DNA of 52,546 bases. Source: Pseudolabrys sp. GTDB taxonomy: Bacteria > Pseudomonadota > Alphaproteobacteria > Rhizobiales > Xanthobacteraceae. Under the pieces are notes generated by a model. That model was not told the origin of the DNA, did no database searches, and worked only from the letters and a program-made list of their open reading frames with translations. The translations under genes were made by a program, and so were the position numbers. Location of the stretch: contig DASRAF010000489.1 in assembly GCA_035638295.1 (NCBI GenBank), forward strand, positions 1 through 52,546. Direction: 5' to 3'. Below are positions 1 to 8,547 of this stretch, piece by piece. Every line of letters begins with the position of its first letter. The first letter of the stretch is position 1.

Positions 1-135
1 TATGACGGCTGGTTCTGTCCATGCCACGGCTCGCAGTACGACACCGCGGGCCGTATCCGCAGAGGTCCGGCGCCGAAAAATCTCGCGCTGCCGCCCTACA
101 AGTTTGTTTCCGACACGAAAATCCAAATCGGCTGA
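1..135 (+). CDS. petA: Rieske iron-sulfur subunit of cytochrome bc1, 3' end (partial, not in ORF track)
   Basis: Frame 1 reads [28 protein letters not shown]...IQIG-TGA; contains Rieske box II CPCHGS; lies directly upstream of cytochrome b. Confidence 0.97.
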   Translation, partial: YDGWFCPCHGSQYDTAGRIRRGPAPKNLALPPYKFVSDTKIQIG

Positions 136-162
136 ACGAAACGTCGCATTCAAGGTTCAATC

Positions 163-1389
163 ATGAGCGGACACTCGACCTACCAACCGCAGAGCAAGGT
201 TCTGCAATGGCTCGAGAAAAGGTTGCCGATCGGTGGCTTGGTACATTCTTCCTTCGTGGTCTATCCGGTGCCGCGCAATCTGAACTATCTCTGGACGTTC
301 GGCGGCATCCTCGCATTCATGCTCGGCGTGCAGATCATCACCGGCGTCGTGCTGGCGATGCATTATACGCCGCAGGTTGATCTCGCCTTCCGATCTGTAG
401 AAGGCATTATGCGCGACGTCAATTTTGGTTGGCTGTTGCGGTACCTGCACGCCAACGGCGCGTCGATGTTCTTCTTCGCCGTCTACGTCCACATGTTTCG
501 CGGCATCTATTACGGCTCTTACAAGGAGCCGCGCGAGGTGCTCTGGATTCTCGGCGTGGTCATCTACCTGCTGATGATGGCTACAGGCTTTATGGGTTAC
601 GTGCTCGTCTGGGGCCAGATGAGCTTCTGGGCCGCAACCGTGATCACCAATCTGTTTTCGGCCATTCCCGGCGTTGGCGACACGATCGTTACCTGGCTTT
701 GGGGCGGCTACGCGGTGGGAAATCCGACGCTCAACCGGTTCTACTCGTTGCACTACCTGTTGCCTTTTGTGATTGCGGGCGTGGTCGTGCTTCACATCTG
801 GGCATTGCACGTCGTTGGCCAGAACAATCCCACCGGCATCGAGCCCAAGTCGGAAAAAGACACCGTGGCGTTCACGCCTTATGCAACGGTGAAAGACGGG
901 TTCTTCATGGCGGTGTTTGTCATCCTCTTCGCCTGGTTCGTGTTCTATATCCCGAATTTCCTCGGCCACGCCGACAACTACATCCCGGCCAATCCTGCGG
1001 TGACACCGACGCACATCGTGCCGGAATGGTATTACCTGCCATTCTACGCGATCCTGCGCGCAATTCCGGACAAGCTGATGGGTGTCATCGCGCTCGGCGC
1101 TTCGATTGTGATTCTGGCGTTTCTGCCGTGGCTCGACACCTCGAGGGTGCGTTCGGCCAGCTATCGGCCCTTGTTCAGACAGTTCTTTTGGCTGTTCGTG
1201 ATCGTGTGCGTCGGGCTCGGCTGGCTGGGCTCCAAGCCGCCTGAGGGAATCTACGTGATTCTCGCGCGGGTCTTCACTATTTATTACTTCGCGTTTTTCC
1301 TGGTCATCCTGCCGCTCCTCGGCATCTTCGAGAAAACCAAGCCGCTGCCGAATTCAATTTCGGAATCGGTGCTGGGCGCGAAAGCATGA
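163..1389 (+). CDS. petB: Cytochrome b of bc1 complex
   Basis: [29 protein letters not shown] motif, multiple TM helices. Confidence 0.98.
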   Translation: MSGHSTYQPQSKVLQWLEKRLPIGGLVHSSFVVYPVPRNLNYLWTFGGILAFMLGVQIITGVVLAMHYTPQVDLAFRSVEGIMRDVNFGWLLRYLHANGASMFFFAVYVHMFRGIYYGSYKEPREVLWILGVVIYLLMMATGFMGYVLVWGQMSFWAATVITNLFSAIPGVGDTIVTWLWGGYAVGNPTLNRFYSLHYLLPFVIAGVVVLHIWALHVVGQNNPTGIEPKSEKDTVAFTPYATVKDGFFMAVFVILFAWFVFYIPNFLGHADNYIPANPAVTPTHIVPEWYYLPFYAILRAIPDKLMGVIALGASIVILAFLPWLDTSRVRSASYRPLFRQFFWLFVIVCVGLGWLGSKPPEGIYVILARVFTIYYFAFFLVILPLLGIFEKTKPLPNSISESVLGAKA

Positions 1390-1399
1390 GCAGGGAAAT

Positions 1400-2281
1400 A
1401 TGACTATGAAGGTGCATCGTACCATCGTCGCTCTCGCACTTGCAGGTTGTGTCGGGGTGGTCGCGCCGGCGATCGCCCAAGAGCACGACACGCCGAACCC
1501 GCCAATGCAGAAGTGGTCTTTTTCCGGCCCGTTCGGCCGTTACGACCAGGGACAACTCCAGCGCGGCTTCAAGATTTACAAGGAAGTCTGCCAAGTCTGC
1601 CACTCGATACAGATGCTGGCTTTCCGCAACTTGGCCGATCCAGGTGGTCCGGGCTTCTCGGAAGCGCAGGCAGCGGCAGTTGCCTCTGAGTATAAGATCA
1701 AGGATCTTGACGATAAGGGTGAACCAACTGAACGCCCCGGTCGTCTCGCAGATACTTTCCCGCCGCCGTTCGCGAATGAACTCGCGGCCAAGGCAGTACA
1801 CGGCGTTGCGCCACCCGACATGTCGACCCTGGCGAAGGCCCGCACGTTTGAGCGCGGTTTCCCCTGGTGGGTGTTCGATACGATCACGCAATATCAGGAG
1901 CAGGGGCCGGACTATATCGCAGCGCTGCTGAACGGGTACGAGGAACCACCGAAAGACTTCCAGCTGCCGCAAAACGGGCACTACAACAAGTATTTCCCGG
2001 GCCACAATATTGCGATGCCGCCTCCACTGCAGGCGGGCCAGGTGACCTACGACGATGGTGCGCCGCAAACGCTTGAGCAATATTCGAAAGATATCTCCGC
2101 ATTCCTGATGTGGGCAGCCGAGCCGCACCTGGTGGCGCGCAAGCGCATGGGCATGCAGGTCATGGTTTTTCTGATCGTGCTCGCCGGACTGATGTATTTC
2201 ACCAAGAAGAAAGTGTGGCACGAACTCGAGAAGCCGCGTGAAATTGCCCGTGGACAGGACCCGAAGAAGACTGCGGCCTGA
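1400..2281 (+). CDS. petC: Cytochrome c1
   Basis: Signal peptide, QRGFKIYKEVCQVCH heme motif, MPPPL, C-terminal TM anchor after WAAEP. Confidence 0.97.
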   Translation: MTMKVHRTIVALALAGCVGVVAPAIAQEHDTPNPPMQKWSFSGPFGRYDQGQLQRGFKIYKEVCQVCHSIQMLAFRNLADPGGPGFSEAQAAAVASEYKIKDLDDKGEPTERPGRLADTFPPPFANELAAKAVHGVAPPDMSTLAKARTFERGFPWWVFDTITQYQEQGPDYIAALLNGYEEPPKDFQLPQNGHYNKYFPGHNIAMPPPLQAGQVTYDDGAPQTLEQYSKDISAFLMWAAEPHLVARKRMGMQVMVFLIVLAGLMYFTKKKVWHELEKPREIARGQDPKKTAA

Positions 2282-2306
2282 CAGCCGTGCAATTTTTGTC
2301 GCGTGA

Positions 2307-2337
2307 AGGGCTCCGGTTCGGGGCCCTGCGTTTTTTT
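2307..2337 (+). terminator. Rho-independent terminator of petABC
   Basis: AGGGCTCC-ggttc-GGGGCCCT stem (one G-U pair), then gcg and TTTTTTT. Confidence 0.75.
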
Positions 2338-2388
2338 GCTGGCTCGTATAGGCTCAACGCGCTCTTCTCTTCACACTTGCGAGCGTGC

Positions 2389-3264
2389 ATGGCGAAATCT
2401 GTTCTCGGCATCATCGGCGGGTCTGGCATCTATGATTTACCGGGCCTTGGCAATGTACGAGAGCAACGGATTGCAAGTCCGTGGGGCGATCCATCCGGTC
2501 CACTGCGTATCGGGGAAATCGCAGGACTGCCTGTCGTATTTCTCTCGCGCCATGATGAGGGTCACCGACTGTCCCCCTCTGACATCAACTACCGCGCCAA
2601 TATCGATGTATTGAAGCGCGCGGGCGTCACCGATCTGGTTTCCCTGTCCGCGTGCGGCTCATTCAAGGAAGAACTGCCACCGGGGTCCTTCGTTCTGGTC
2701 GACCAATTTGTCGATCGCACCTACAGGCGCGAGAGCTCCTTCTTCGGCAAGGGATTGGTGGCCCATGTTTCAATGGCTCATCCGGTGTCGCCGTTGTTGC
2801 GCGCCCACTTGCGCGCGGCGGCCGTGTCCGCAGGCATCACACCGCGCTGGGGCGGAACGTATGTCTGCATCGAAGGCCCGCAGTTCTCCACCTACGCAGA
2901 GAGCATCACTTATAAACAACTCGGCTATTCCGTGATTGGTATGACCAACATGCCCGAGGCCAAACTCGCGCGGGAGGCCGAGATTTGTTACGCCACCGTC
3001 GCCATGGTGACCGACTTCGATTGTTGGCATCCGGACCACGATGCAGTGACGGTTCAGGACATCATCAAGGTTTTGTTGGCTAACGCTGACAGAGCCAAGG
3101 AGCTTGTTGCCGGGCTGGCACGGGATTTTCCGCGCGAGCACGAGACGTGCCCGATCGGTTCCGATCGTGCGCTCGACACCGCGCTCATAACGGCGCCGCA
3201 GGCGCGTGACCCTGAGCTGATCAAAAGGCTCGATGCCGTTGCGGGCAGGGTACTCGGACGTTAG
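2389..3264 (+). CDS. mtnP: S-methyl-5'-thioadenosine phosphorylase
   Basis: LGIIGGSG, NYRANI, EGPQFST.AES, GMTNMPEAKLARE, VTDFDCW; start placed at ATG 2389 inside ORF 2287..3264. Confidence 0.93.
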   Translation: MAKSVLGIIGGSGIYDLPGLGNVREQRIASPWGDPSGPLRIGEIAGLPVVFLSRHDEGHRLSPSDINYRANIDVLKRAGVTDLVSLSACGSFKEELPPGSFVLVDQFVDRTYRRESSFFGKGLVAHVSMAHPVSPLLRAHLRAAAVSAGITPRWGGTYVCIEGPQFSTYAESITYKQLGYSVIGMTNMPEAKLAREAEICYATVAMVTDFDCWHPDHDAVTVQDIIKVLLANADRAKELVAGLARDFPREHETCPIGSDRALDTALITAPQARDPELIKRLDAVAGRVLGR

Positions 3265-3274
3265 CCTTCCCGCC

Positions 3275-4414
3275 ATGAACATTCGGGCCGGCGCGGTCAC
3301 GCGCGAGAAGCCGCCTTTTCGCGCGGAACACATCGGGAGCCTGTTGCGGCCGAAGGGTCTTCTGCACGAACGTGAGCGCTTCTCACGCGGAGAGATTTCA
3401 CGGGCCGAACTGACGGCGGCAGAAAACTCTGCGATCTCGGATGCGCTCGCATTGCAGGAACGCCTAGGGTTGCGGTTCGCCACCGACGGCGAATTCCGCC
3501 GCCGCTCGTATCACAGTTTTTTCTACCAGCAACTCGGTGAGCTGAGCATCGATACCGTCGCCGGTGTCGATGCCAAAGGTGGAGCAGCGGGTGCGGGGCG
3601 AGGGCAGCAGCCGACGGCACTTATCAAAAGCCGGGTGGGCTGGACGCACGCGATCAATGTTGCCGACTTCGATTTTCTGAAAAGCAGGACGAGGCTGCTT
3701 CCCAAGATCACGATCCCGGGACCCTGTGCGCTGCACTTCCGTGGCGGCGATGCCGCCGTGCTCGCGCACGCTTATGATGACATCGCTCAATTCTGGGATG
3801 ACATCGTCAAAGCCTTCGAAAGCGAATTGGTTGGGTTGGCCGAGGTGGGTTGTCGCTACGTTCAGATCGACGAAACTGCATTCGCAAAATTTGGCGATCC
3901 GGATGTCCAGGCGGCTCTCGCGGCGCGAGGCGACGATTGGAGCATATTGTTCGATAAGTACATTGCAATTACCAATTGTGTTCTGCGCAAAGCACCCAAA
4001 GGCCTGCATATTGGAATGCATCTTTGTCGGGGTAACCGCGGCGGGCATTGGCACGCCGAGGGTAGCTACGAGAATGTTGCCGAACGGCTTTTCAATGCGC
4101 TCGAGATTCCGTTCTATTTTCTCGAATTCGACACCCCGCGCGCGGGCACTTTCACCCCGCTGCGATTTGTCCCCGACCACAAATCAATCGTGCTTGGGTT
4201 GATTTCGTCAAAGACGCCAGTTTTGGAAGACAAGGCTGGTCTGCGCCGGCGCGTCGAGGAAGCGAGCCGGCATGTAGCACTCGATCGTTTGGCGGTGAGC
4301 CCGCAATGCGGATTTGCCAGCGTGGACACTGGCAATCCGGTGACGCCTGAAGTGCAGGAAGCTAAGCTTCGCCTCGTTGTTGAACTCGCCAACGATATCT
4401 GGGGCGAGGCCTAG
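3275..4414 (+). CDS. Cobalamin-independent methionine synthase II family protein (MetE catalytic-domain-only)
   Basis: RAEHIGSLLRP, TDGEFRR, YVQIDE, Zn-ligand motifs HLCRGN and SPQCGFAS; about 380 aa, no MetE N-terminal barrel. Confidence 0.88.
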   Translation: MNIRAGAVTREKPPFRAEHIGSLLRPKGLLHERERFSRGEISRAELTAAENSAISDALALQERLGLRFATDGEFRRRSYHSFFYQQLGELSIDTVAGVDAKGGAAGAGRGQQPTALIKSRVGWTHAINVADFDFLKSRTRLLPKITIPGPCALHFRGGDAAVLAHAYDDIAQFWDDIVKAFESELVGLAEVGCRYVQIDETAFAKFGDPDVQAALAARGDDWSILFDKYIAITNCVLRKAPKGLHIGMHLCRGNRGGHWHAEGSYENVAERLFNALEIPFYFLEFDTPRAGTFTPLRFVPDHKSIVLGLISSKTPVLEDKAGLRRRVEEASRHVALDRLAVSPQCGFASVDTGNPVTPEVQEAKLRLVVELANDIWGEA

Positions 4415-4434
4415 CCGATTGAATGAGGAGGAGC

Positions 4435-5412
4435 ATGCAACGCGGCGTCTTGTATCTTGCAATCGTACTTGCTGTGACGAATCTGGCCGGCACGGTCGAT
4501 GCGCAGGAATATCCCAATCGCCCGGTGCATGTGCTGGCGGCCGCAGCACCGGGAGGCAATCCTGACGTTTTGGCGCGCCTGCTGTCTCAGCGCCTTGCAG
4601 AAGTTCTTGGCCAACCATTCGTCGTCGAAAACGTTCCGGGCGCTGGGGGCATATTGGCGGCAAAACGCATCGCCGAAGCATCAGCGGATGGCTACCTGTT
4701 GATGCTGAACGATTCCGGGGCCTTGGCGATCAATATCAACATGAGCCCGGACGCAACTTACAAGCTGAAGGATTTCACGCCGATTACCGCGCTCGCGACC
4801 GTGCCGACCGCCCTGGTGATCATCCCATCGGTATCCGCCAGCAACGTGAGCGAATTCATCACGTTAGCAAAATCAAAACCGGGGATAATGAGTTTCGGTT
4901 CTGCGGGCGCCGGATCGATCCATCATTTGACGATGGAAATTTTCGCCGAGCGGACCGGAATCAAGTTGCTGCACGTCCCTTACCGCGGCGGCACCGCACT
5001 CGTGAATGGTTTGTTGACCGGCGAGATTCAAGCGGGGTGGTCCGGTCTTCCGAATGTGATTTCGCATATCAAGGCGGGGACGCTGCGCGGTCTGTGCGTG
5101 AGCGTGCTCAAGCGTGCCGTATCCCTGCCCGACGTTCCGACCTGCGACGAGGCCGGCATCAAGGGTTTTGATGTCGCCGATATGCTGGGCCTGCAGGCTC
5201 CCGCCGGCATGGCACCGAAGTCGGTCAAGCGATTGCAGTCGGCCATCGCGAAAATCATGCGCGAACCGGCGATGGCCGAGCGCATGGAAATCCTCGGCAT
5301 GGATATGCAGGAAAACGGCACGGCGAATTACGTCCGCTTCATGCAGGACGACCTCGAACTCTATGCCAAAGTAATCGATCGCCTCGGTCTCAGCCGCAAG
5401 GCAAGCAAATAG
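4435..5412 (+). CDS. Bug/TctC family tripartite tricarboxylate transporter substrate-binding protein
   Basis: Signal peptide, YPNRPV, PGG..D..AR, VVENVPGAGG, HVPYRGG; GAGGAG RBS before ATG 4435. Confidence 0.92.
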   Translation: MQRGVLYLAIVLAVTNLAGTVDAQEYPNRPVHVLAAAAPGGNPDVLARLLSQRLAEVLGQPFVVENVPGAGGILAAKRIAEASADGYLLMLNDSGALAININMSPDATYKLKDFTPITALATVPTALVIIPSVSASNVSEFITLAKSKPGIMSFGSAGAGSIHHLTMEIFAERTGIKLLHVPYRGGTALVNGLLTGEIQAGWSGLPNVISHIKAGTLRGLCVSVLKRAVSLPDVPTCDEAGIKGFDVADMLGLQAPAGMAPKSVKRLQSAIAKIMREPAMAERMEILGMDMQENGTANYVRFMQDDLELYAKVIDRLGLSRKASK

Positions 5413-5447
5413 ACCATCCAGATGTTATGCAAGTCATTGAGGGCACC

Positions 5448-5834
5448 ATGCAGATCGTCGACGTAAACCGGCAATCCAACGAAGAATGGCGAGCGGGTGT
5501 CAGGACGCGTATGAAGGCCTCCGCAGCGAACAGCGCCACTCAGCTTTGCCTTTTCGAGCAATGGTGCGACCCGGGACACGGTGCGCCAAGCCACCTGCAT
5601 GCGGTGGAAGAAATTCTATGCGTCCGTGAAGGGCAGGCTGACGTGTGGATCGACGATCAGCATGTCACGCTGACCAGCGGCCAGTTGGTCATCGTTCCGG
5701 CCGGCCGCAAACACGGTTTTTCAAATACCGGCAAAACGGTCCTGCATATCGAGTCGACACTCGCCGCTCCGGTGTTCGAGGCGGCATACGAAGACAAACG
5801 AGAGACGCCGCGTCGGTGGTTGCCGGGAGCTTGA
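5448..5834 (+). CDS. Cupin domain protein
   Basis: PSHLHAVEE and [11 protein letters not shown] cupin motifs; GAGGG RBS before ATG 5448 (alternative start 5427). Confidence 0.85.
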   Translation: MQIVDVNRQSNEEWRAGVRTRMKASAANSATQLCLFEQWCDPGHGAPSHLHAVEEILCVREGQADVWIDDQHVTLTSGQLVIVPAGRKHGFSNTGKTVLHIESTLAAPVFEAAYEDKRETPRRWLPGA

Positions 5835-5851
5835 CGGAGCGAACACTGATC

Positions 5852-6397
5852 ATGGCCTCTTCACTTAAAGATGACCTGCGCGCGGCGATCCGAAACATTC
5901 CGGATTATCCGAAGCCCGGCATCATGTTTCGCGACATCACAACGCTGCTGGGCGATGCGCGCGCCTTTCGCCGTGCGGTCGATGAGCTGGTGCAGCCGTG
6001 GGCCGGCATGAAGATCGACAAGGTCGCCGGTATCGAGGCGCGCGGCTTTATTCTGGGCGGGGCGGTAGCGCATCAGGTTTCGGCAGGCTTTATCCCGATC
6101 CGCAAGAAGGGCAAGCTTCCCTACAAGCGCGTGACCATCGGCTATTCTCTTGAGTACGGAATTGACGAGATGGAAATGCATGAAGATGCGGTGAAGAGGG
6201 GAGAACGCGTGATCCTGGTCGATGACCTGATTGCCACCGGTGGCACAGCGGAGGGCGCGGTCAAACTGCTGCGGCAAATGGGAGCCGATGTGCTCGCGGC
6301 GTGCTTTGTCATCGATCTGCCCGAACTGGGCGGCGCGGACAAATTGCGCAAAATGGACGTGCCGGTACGCACCTTAATTTCATTCGAAGGACATTAG
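5852..6397 (+). CDS. apt: Adenine phosphoribosyltransferase
   Basis: [33 protein letters not shown]-binding [10 protein letters not shown]. Confidence 0.97.
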   Translation: MASSLKDDLRAAIRNIPDYPKPGIMFRDITTLLGDARAFRRAVDELVQPWAGMKIDKVAGIEARGFILGGAVAHQVSAGFIPIRKKGKLPYKRVTIGYSLEYGIDEMEMHEDAVKRGERVILVDDLIATGGTAEGAVKLLRQMGADVLAACFVIDLPELGGADKLRKMDVPVRTLISFEGH

Positions 6398-7527
6398 CCG
6401 CGGTGCGGCCCCCACGGCCCGTCCGATTGGCCTGCTAAACCTGCGGGCGGCTCTCGGGCCTGCTCAGGCTGGTCACGGGTCCCCCACGGACCTTCTTCTG
6501 CCGGCGCGGAAAGCTGCCCAGGCTCAGCCGGAGCGTCCAATGCGATCGGGCCCGGATCGTGACCCCCTGCAAATTTGACGAGGGCATCGACCCGGGACTC
6601 CACGGAAGGGTGGGTGGCGAATAGATCGGCAAATCCCTGACGTGGATTGTCGATGCACATTTCCATGACCGCGGAGTTGGCGCTGGCAAGTTCTCCGCGC
6701 CCTTCGATCTTACGCAGCGCCGAAATCATGGCATCGGGATTTTTGGTCAGTTCGACCGAGCCGGCGTCGGCCAGATATTCCCGCTGACGCGAGAGCGCGA
6801 AGCGAATGACGATCGACAGAATCCAGGCCACCACAATCAACGCTATCGCAATGATAATAGCCAGGCCGGCGCCGCCCTTGCGATCGCCGTCACCGCCGCC
6901 ACGTCGCCGAAATCCGCCGTAGAACGCATTCTGAAAGAAGAGGCGGAAAATCATCTCGCCGAAGAACGAGATCGCGCCGGCGATCACCACCGCAATAACC
7001 AGCATGCGCACATCGCCATTTCGAATGTGCGTCAGTTCGTGGCCGAGAACGGCTTCGAGCTCTGCCTCATTGAGGGCATTCATCAAGCCGCGGGTCACCG
7101 TGATTGAATACTGCTTTTCGTTGAGGCCGGTGGCGAAAGCGTTGAGCGCGTCGTCGTCGGCGATCTTCAGCTTCGGCATGGTGATGCCGCGCGAAATGCA
7201 GAGATTCTCCAGAAGATTGTAGAGCTTTGGCTCCTCAGCGCGCGTGACTTCGTGGCCGCCGGTGACCGCGTCGATCATCGACTGATGAAACTTATAGGCG
7301 ATCAGGATCCAGACGATGGTGCCGATGGTCGCGAAGGGAAATGTCTTGGTAAGATCGTACAGGGCGGCCTGCACGAGATAGTCGATTGGGGCATCGGTGG
7401 TCAGTGCTTCGGCGAGCAGAGCACCGGCGAACACCAGGAGATAAACGAGAAAGAACAAGCCGATGAGGAGCGCGATTGATCGGCGCCTGTTCGACTGGAT
7501 GTGCGAATAGAGCCCGTATGCGGCCAT
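6394..7527 (-). CDS. htpX: M48 family zinc metalloprotease (HtpX-like)
   Basis: NAFATG, HELTH (HExxH), [14 protein letters not shown]; TM segments; downstream of lemA. Confidence 0.88.
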   Translation of the reverse strand: MAAYGLYSHIQSNRRRSIALLIGLFFLVYLLVFAGALLAEALTTDAPIDYLVQAALYDLTKTFPFATIGTIVWILIAYKFHQSMIDAVTGGHEVTRAEEPKLYNLLENLCISRGITMPKLKIADDDALNAFATGLNEKQYSITVTRGLMNALNEAELEAVLGHELTHIRNGDVRMLVIAVVIAGAISFFGEMIFRLFFQNAFYGGFRRRGGGDGDRKGGAGLAIIIAIALIVVAWILSIVIRFALSRQREYLADAGSVELTKNPDAMISALRKIEGRGELASANSAVMEMCIDNPRQGFADLFATHPSVESRVDALVKFAGGHDPGPIALDAPAEPGQLSAPAEEGPWGTRDQPEQAREPPAGLAGQSDGPWGPHRG

Positions 7528-7598
7528 GATGTCCGATCAGCTCTTACGTCATCGTACAACGCGCCGAAAAGCGCAGGCTTGGAATCCTTGACATGCAA

Positions 7599-7626
7599 TC
7601 CGGAGCCGTCCTTCGCGGTCTCCGGA
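7599..7626. repeat. Inverted repeat/hairpin between lemA and htpX
   Basis: TCCGGAG-CCG-tccttcg-CGG-t-CTCCGGA; no U-tract. Confidence 0.45.
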
Positions 7627-7636
7627 ATGATGGACG

Positions 7637-8200
7637 TCAGAACTTCACACTTGGTGCCTGTTCGACCTGCGCCCGACCCTCGCCAAGATCGAAGAAGGTC
7701 CGCGGCTGGAAGCCGAAGGTCCCGGCAAACAGCGAAGCGGGAAACTGCTGGATTCCCGTGTTGTATTCCTGAACCGCGTTGTTGAAGAACCGACGAGACG
7801 CCGCAAGCTTGTTTTCGATGTCAGACAATTCAGCCTGCAATTGCTGGAAGTTCTGATTGGCCTTGAGATCCGGGTAGGATTCCGAGAGCGCAAACAATTG
7901 GCGCAGCGCGCCGGTCAGTACGTTCTCGGCGGCAACCTTCTGCTCGACCCCAGGAGCAGCCATCGCCGCATTTCGCGCCTGAACAACGGCTTCCAAGGTT
8001 CCACGCTCATGCGTGGCGTAGCCTTTGACGGTCTCGACCAGATTGGGAATGAGATCATGGCGCTGTTTGAGCTGAACGTCGACGTCGGCAAACGCCTGGT
8101 TGGTCCTCTGACGCATTGCGACGAGGCTGTTGTAGATGCTGATCGCCCAGATGACGAAGACGACAATAATGCCAAGGACAACCCAGCCGGTGGTGGACAT
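7637..8200 (-). CDS. lemA: LemA family protein
   Basis: N-terminal TM, YNSLV, VDVQLKQRHDLIPNLVETVKGY, ESYPDLKAN, RRFFN. Confidence 0.95.
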   Translation of the reverse strand: MSTTGWVVLGIIVVFVIWAISIYNSLVAMRQRTNQAFADVDVQLKQRHDLIPNLVETVKGYATHERGTLEAVVQARNAAMAAPGVEQKVAAENVLTGALRQLFALSESYPDLKANQNFQQLQAELSDIENKLAASRRFFNNAVQEYNTGIQQFPASLFAGTFGFQPRTFFDLGEGRAQVEQAPSVKF

Positions 8201-8318
8201 GAAAAGCTCCAAGTTCGGAAAGCGGGGGCAGGTCGGACAAAATTTAGTCTAACCCCAAGCGAGCCCGATCGCTAACGCCACCGGGGCAGGTCGCTCTGTT
8301 GAGGACATCGGAACTGCT

Positions 8319-8349
8319 AAAAAAGACCCCGAGCCTGAACCCGGGGTCT
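8319..8349 (-). terminator. Rho-independent terminator (sRNA candidate and/or smc)
   Basis: Minus strand AGACCCCGGG-ttcagg-CTCGGGGTCT continuing into a T-run. Confidence 0.85.
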
Positions 8350-8405
8350 CTTAGCCAGACGGCTATTCGGGGGGTAAGGGGGGAGCCGCCCAGCTAAAAT
8401 ACACC
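8319..8405 (-). ncRNA. Candidate trans-acting sRNA with C-rich loop (GsrN/MmgR-like architecture); 5' end approximate
   Basis: 14-bp stem 8351-8364/8384-8397 with loop CCCCCCUUACCCCCCGAAU, then a terminator hairpin and U6; EcfG-like promoter immediately upstream. Confidence 0.7.
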
Positions 8406-8410
8406 GGAAT

Positions 8411-8436
8411 AACTCCGTCCCCCGCCAATTGGTTCC
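8411..8436 (-). promoter_or_regulatory. EcfG (sigmaT/RpoE2)-type promoter
   Basis: Minus strand GGAAC-N17-AGTT versus consensus GGAAC-N16/17-CGTT (one mismatch). Confidence 0.55.
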
Positions 8437-8547
8437 GGGGCAGACTCGTCCGCGTGAGGGGGACAGCTTTCCCAAGTATTTCCAATAGGTTGGATGCGAT
8501 CACGCAGGGGTGTCTGTTTCCCCCGGCAAGGTGCGAGGATCTTGTCG

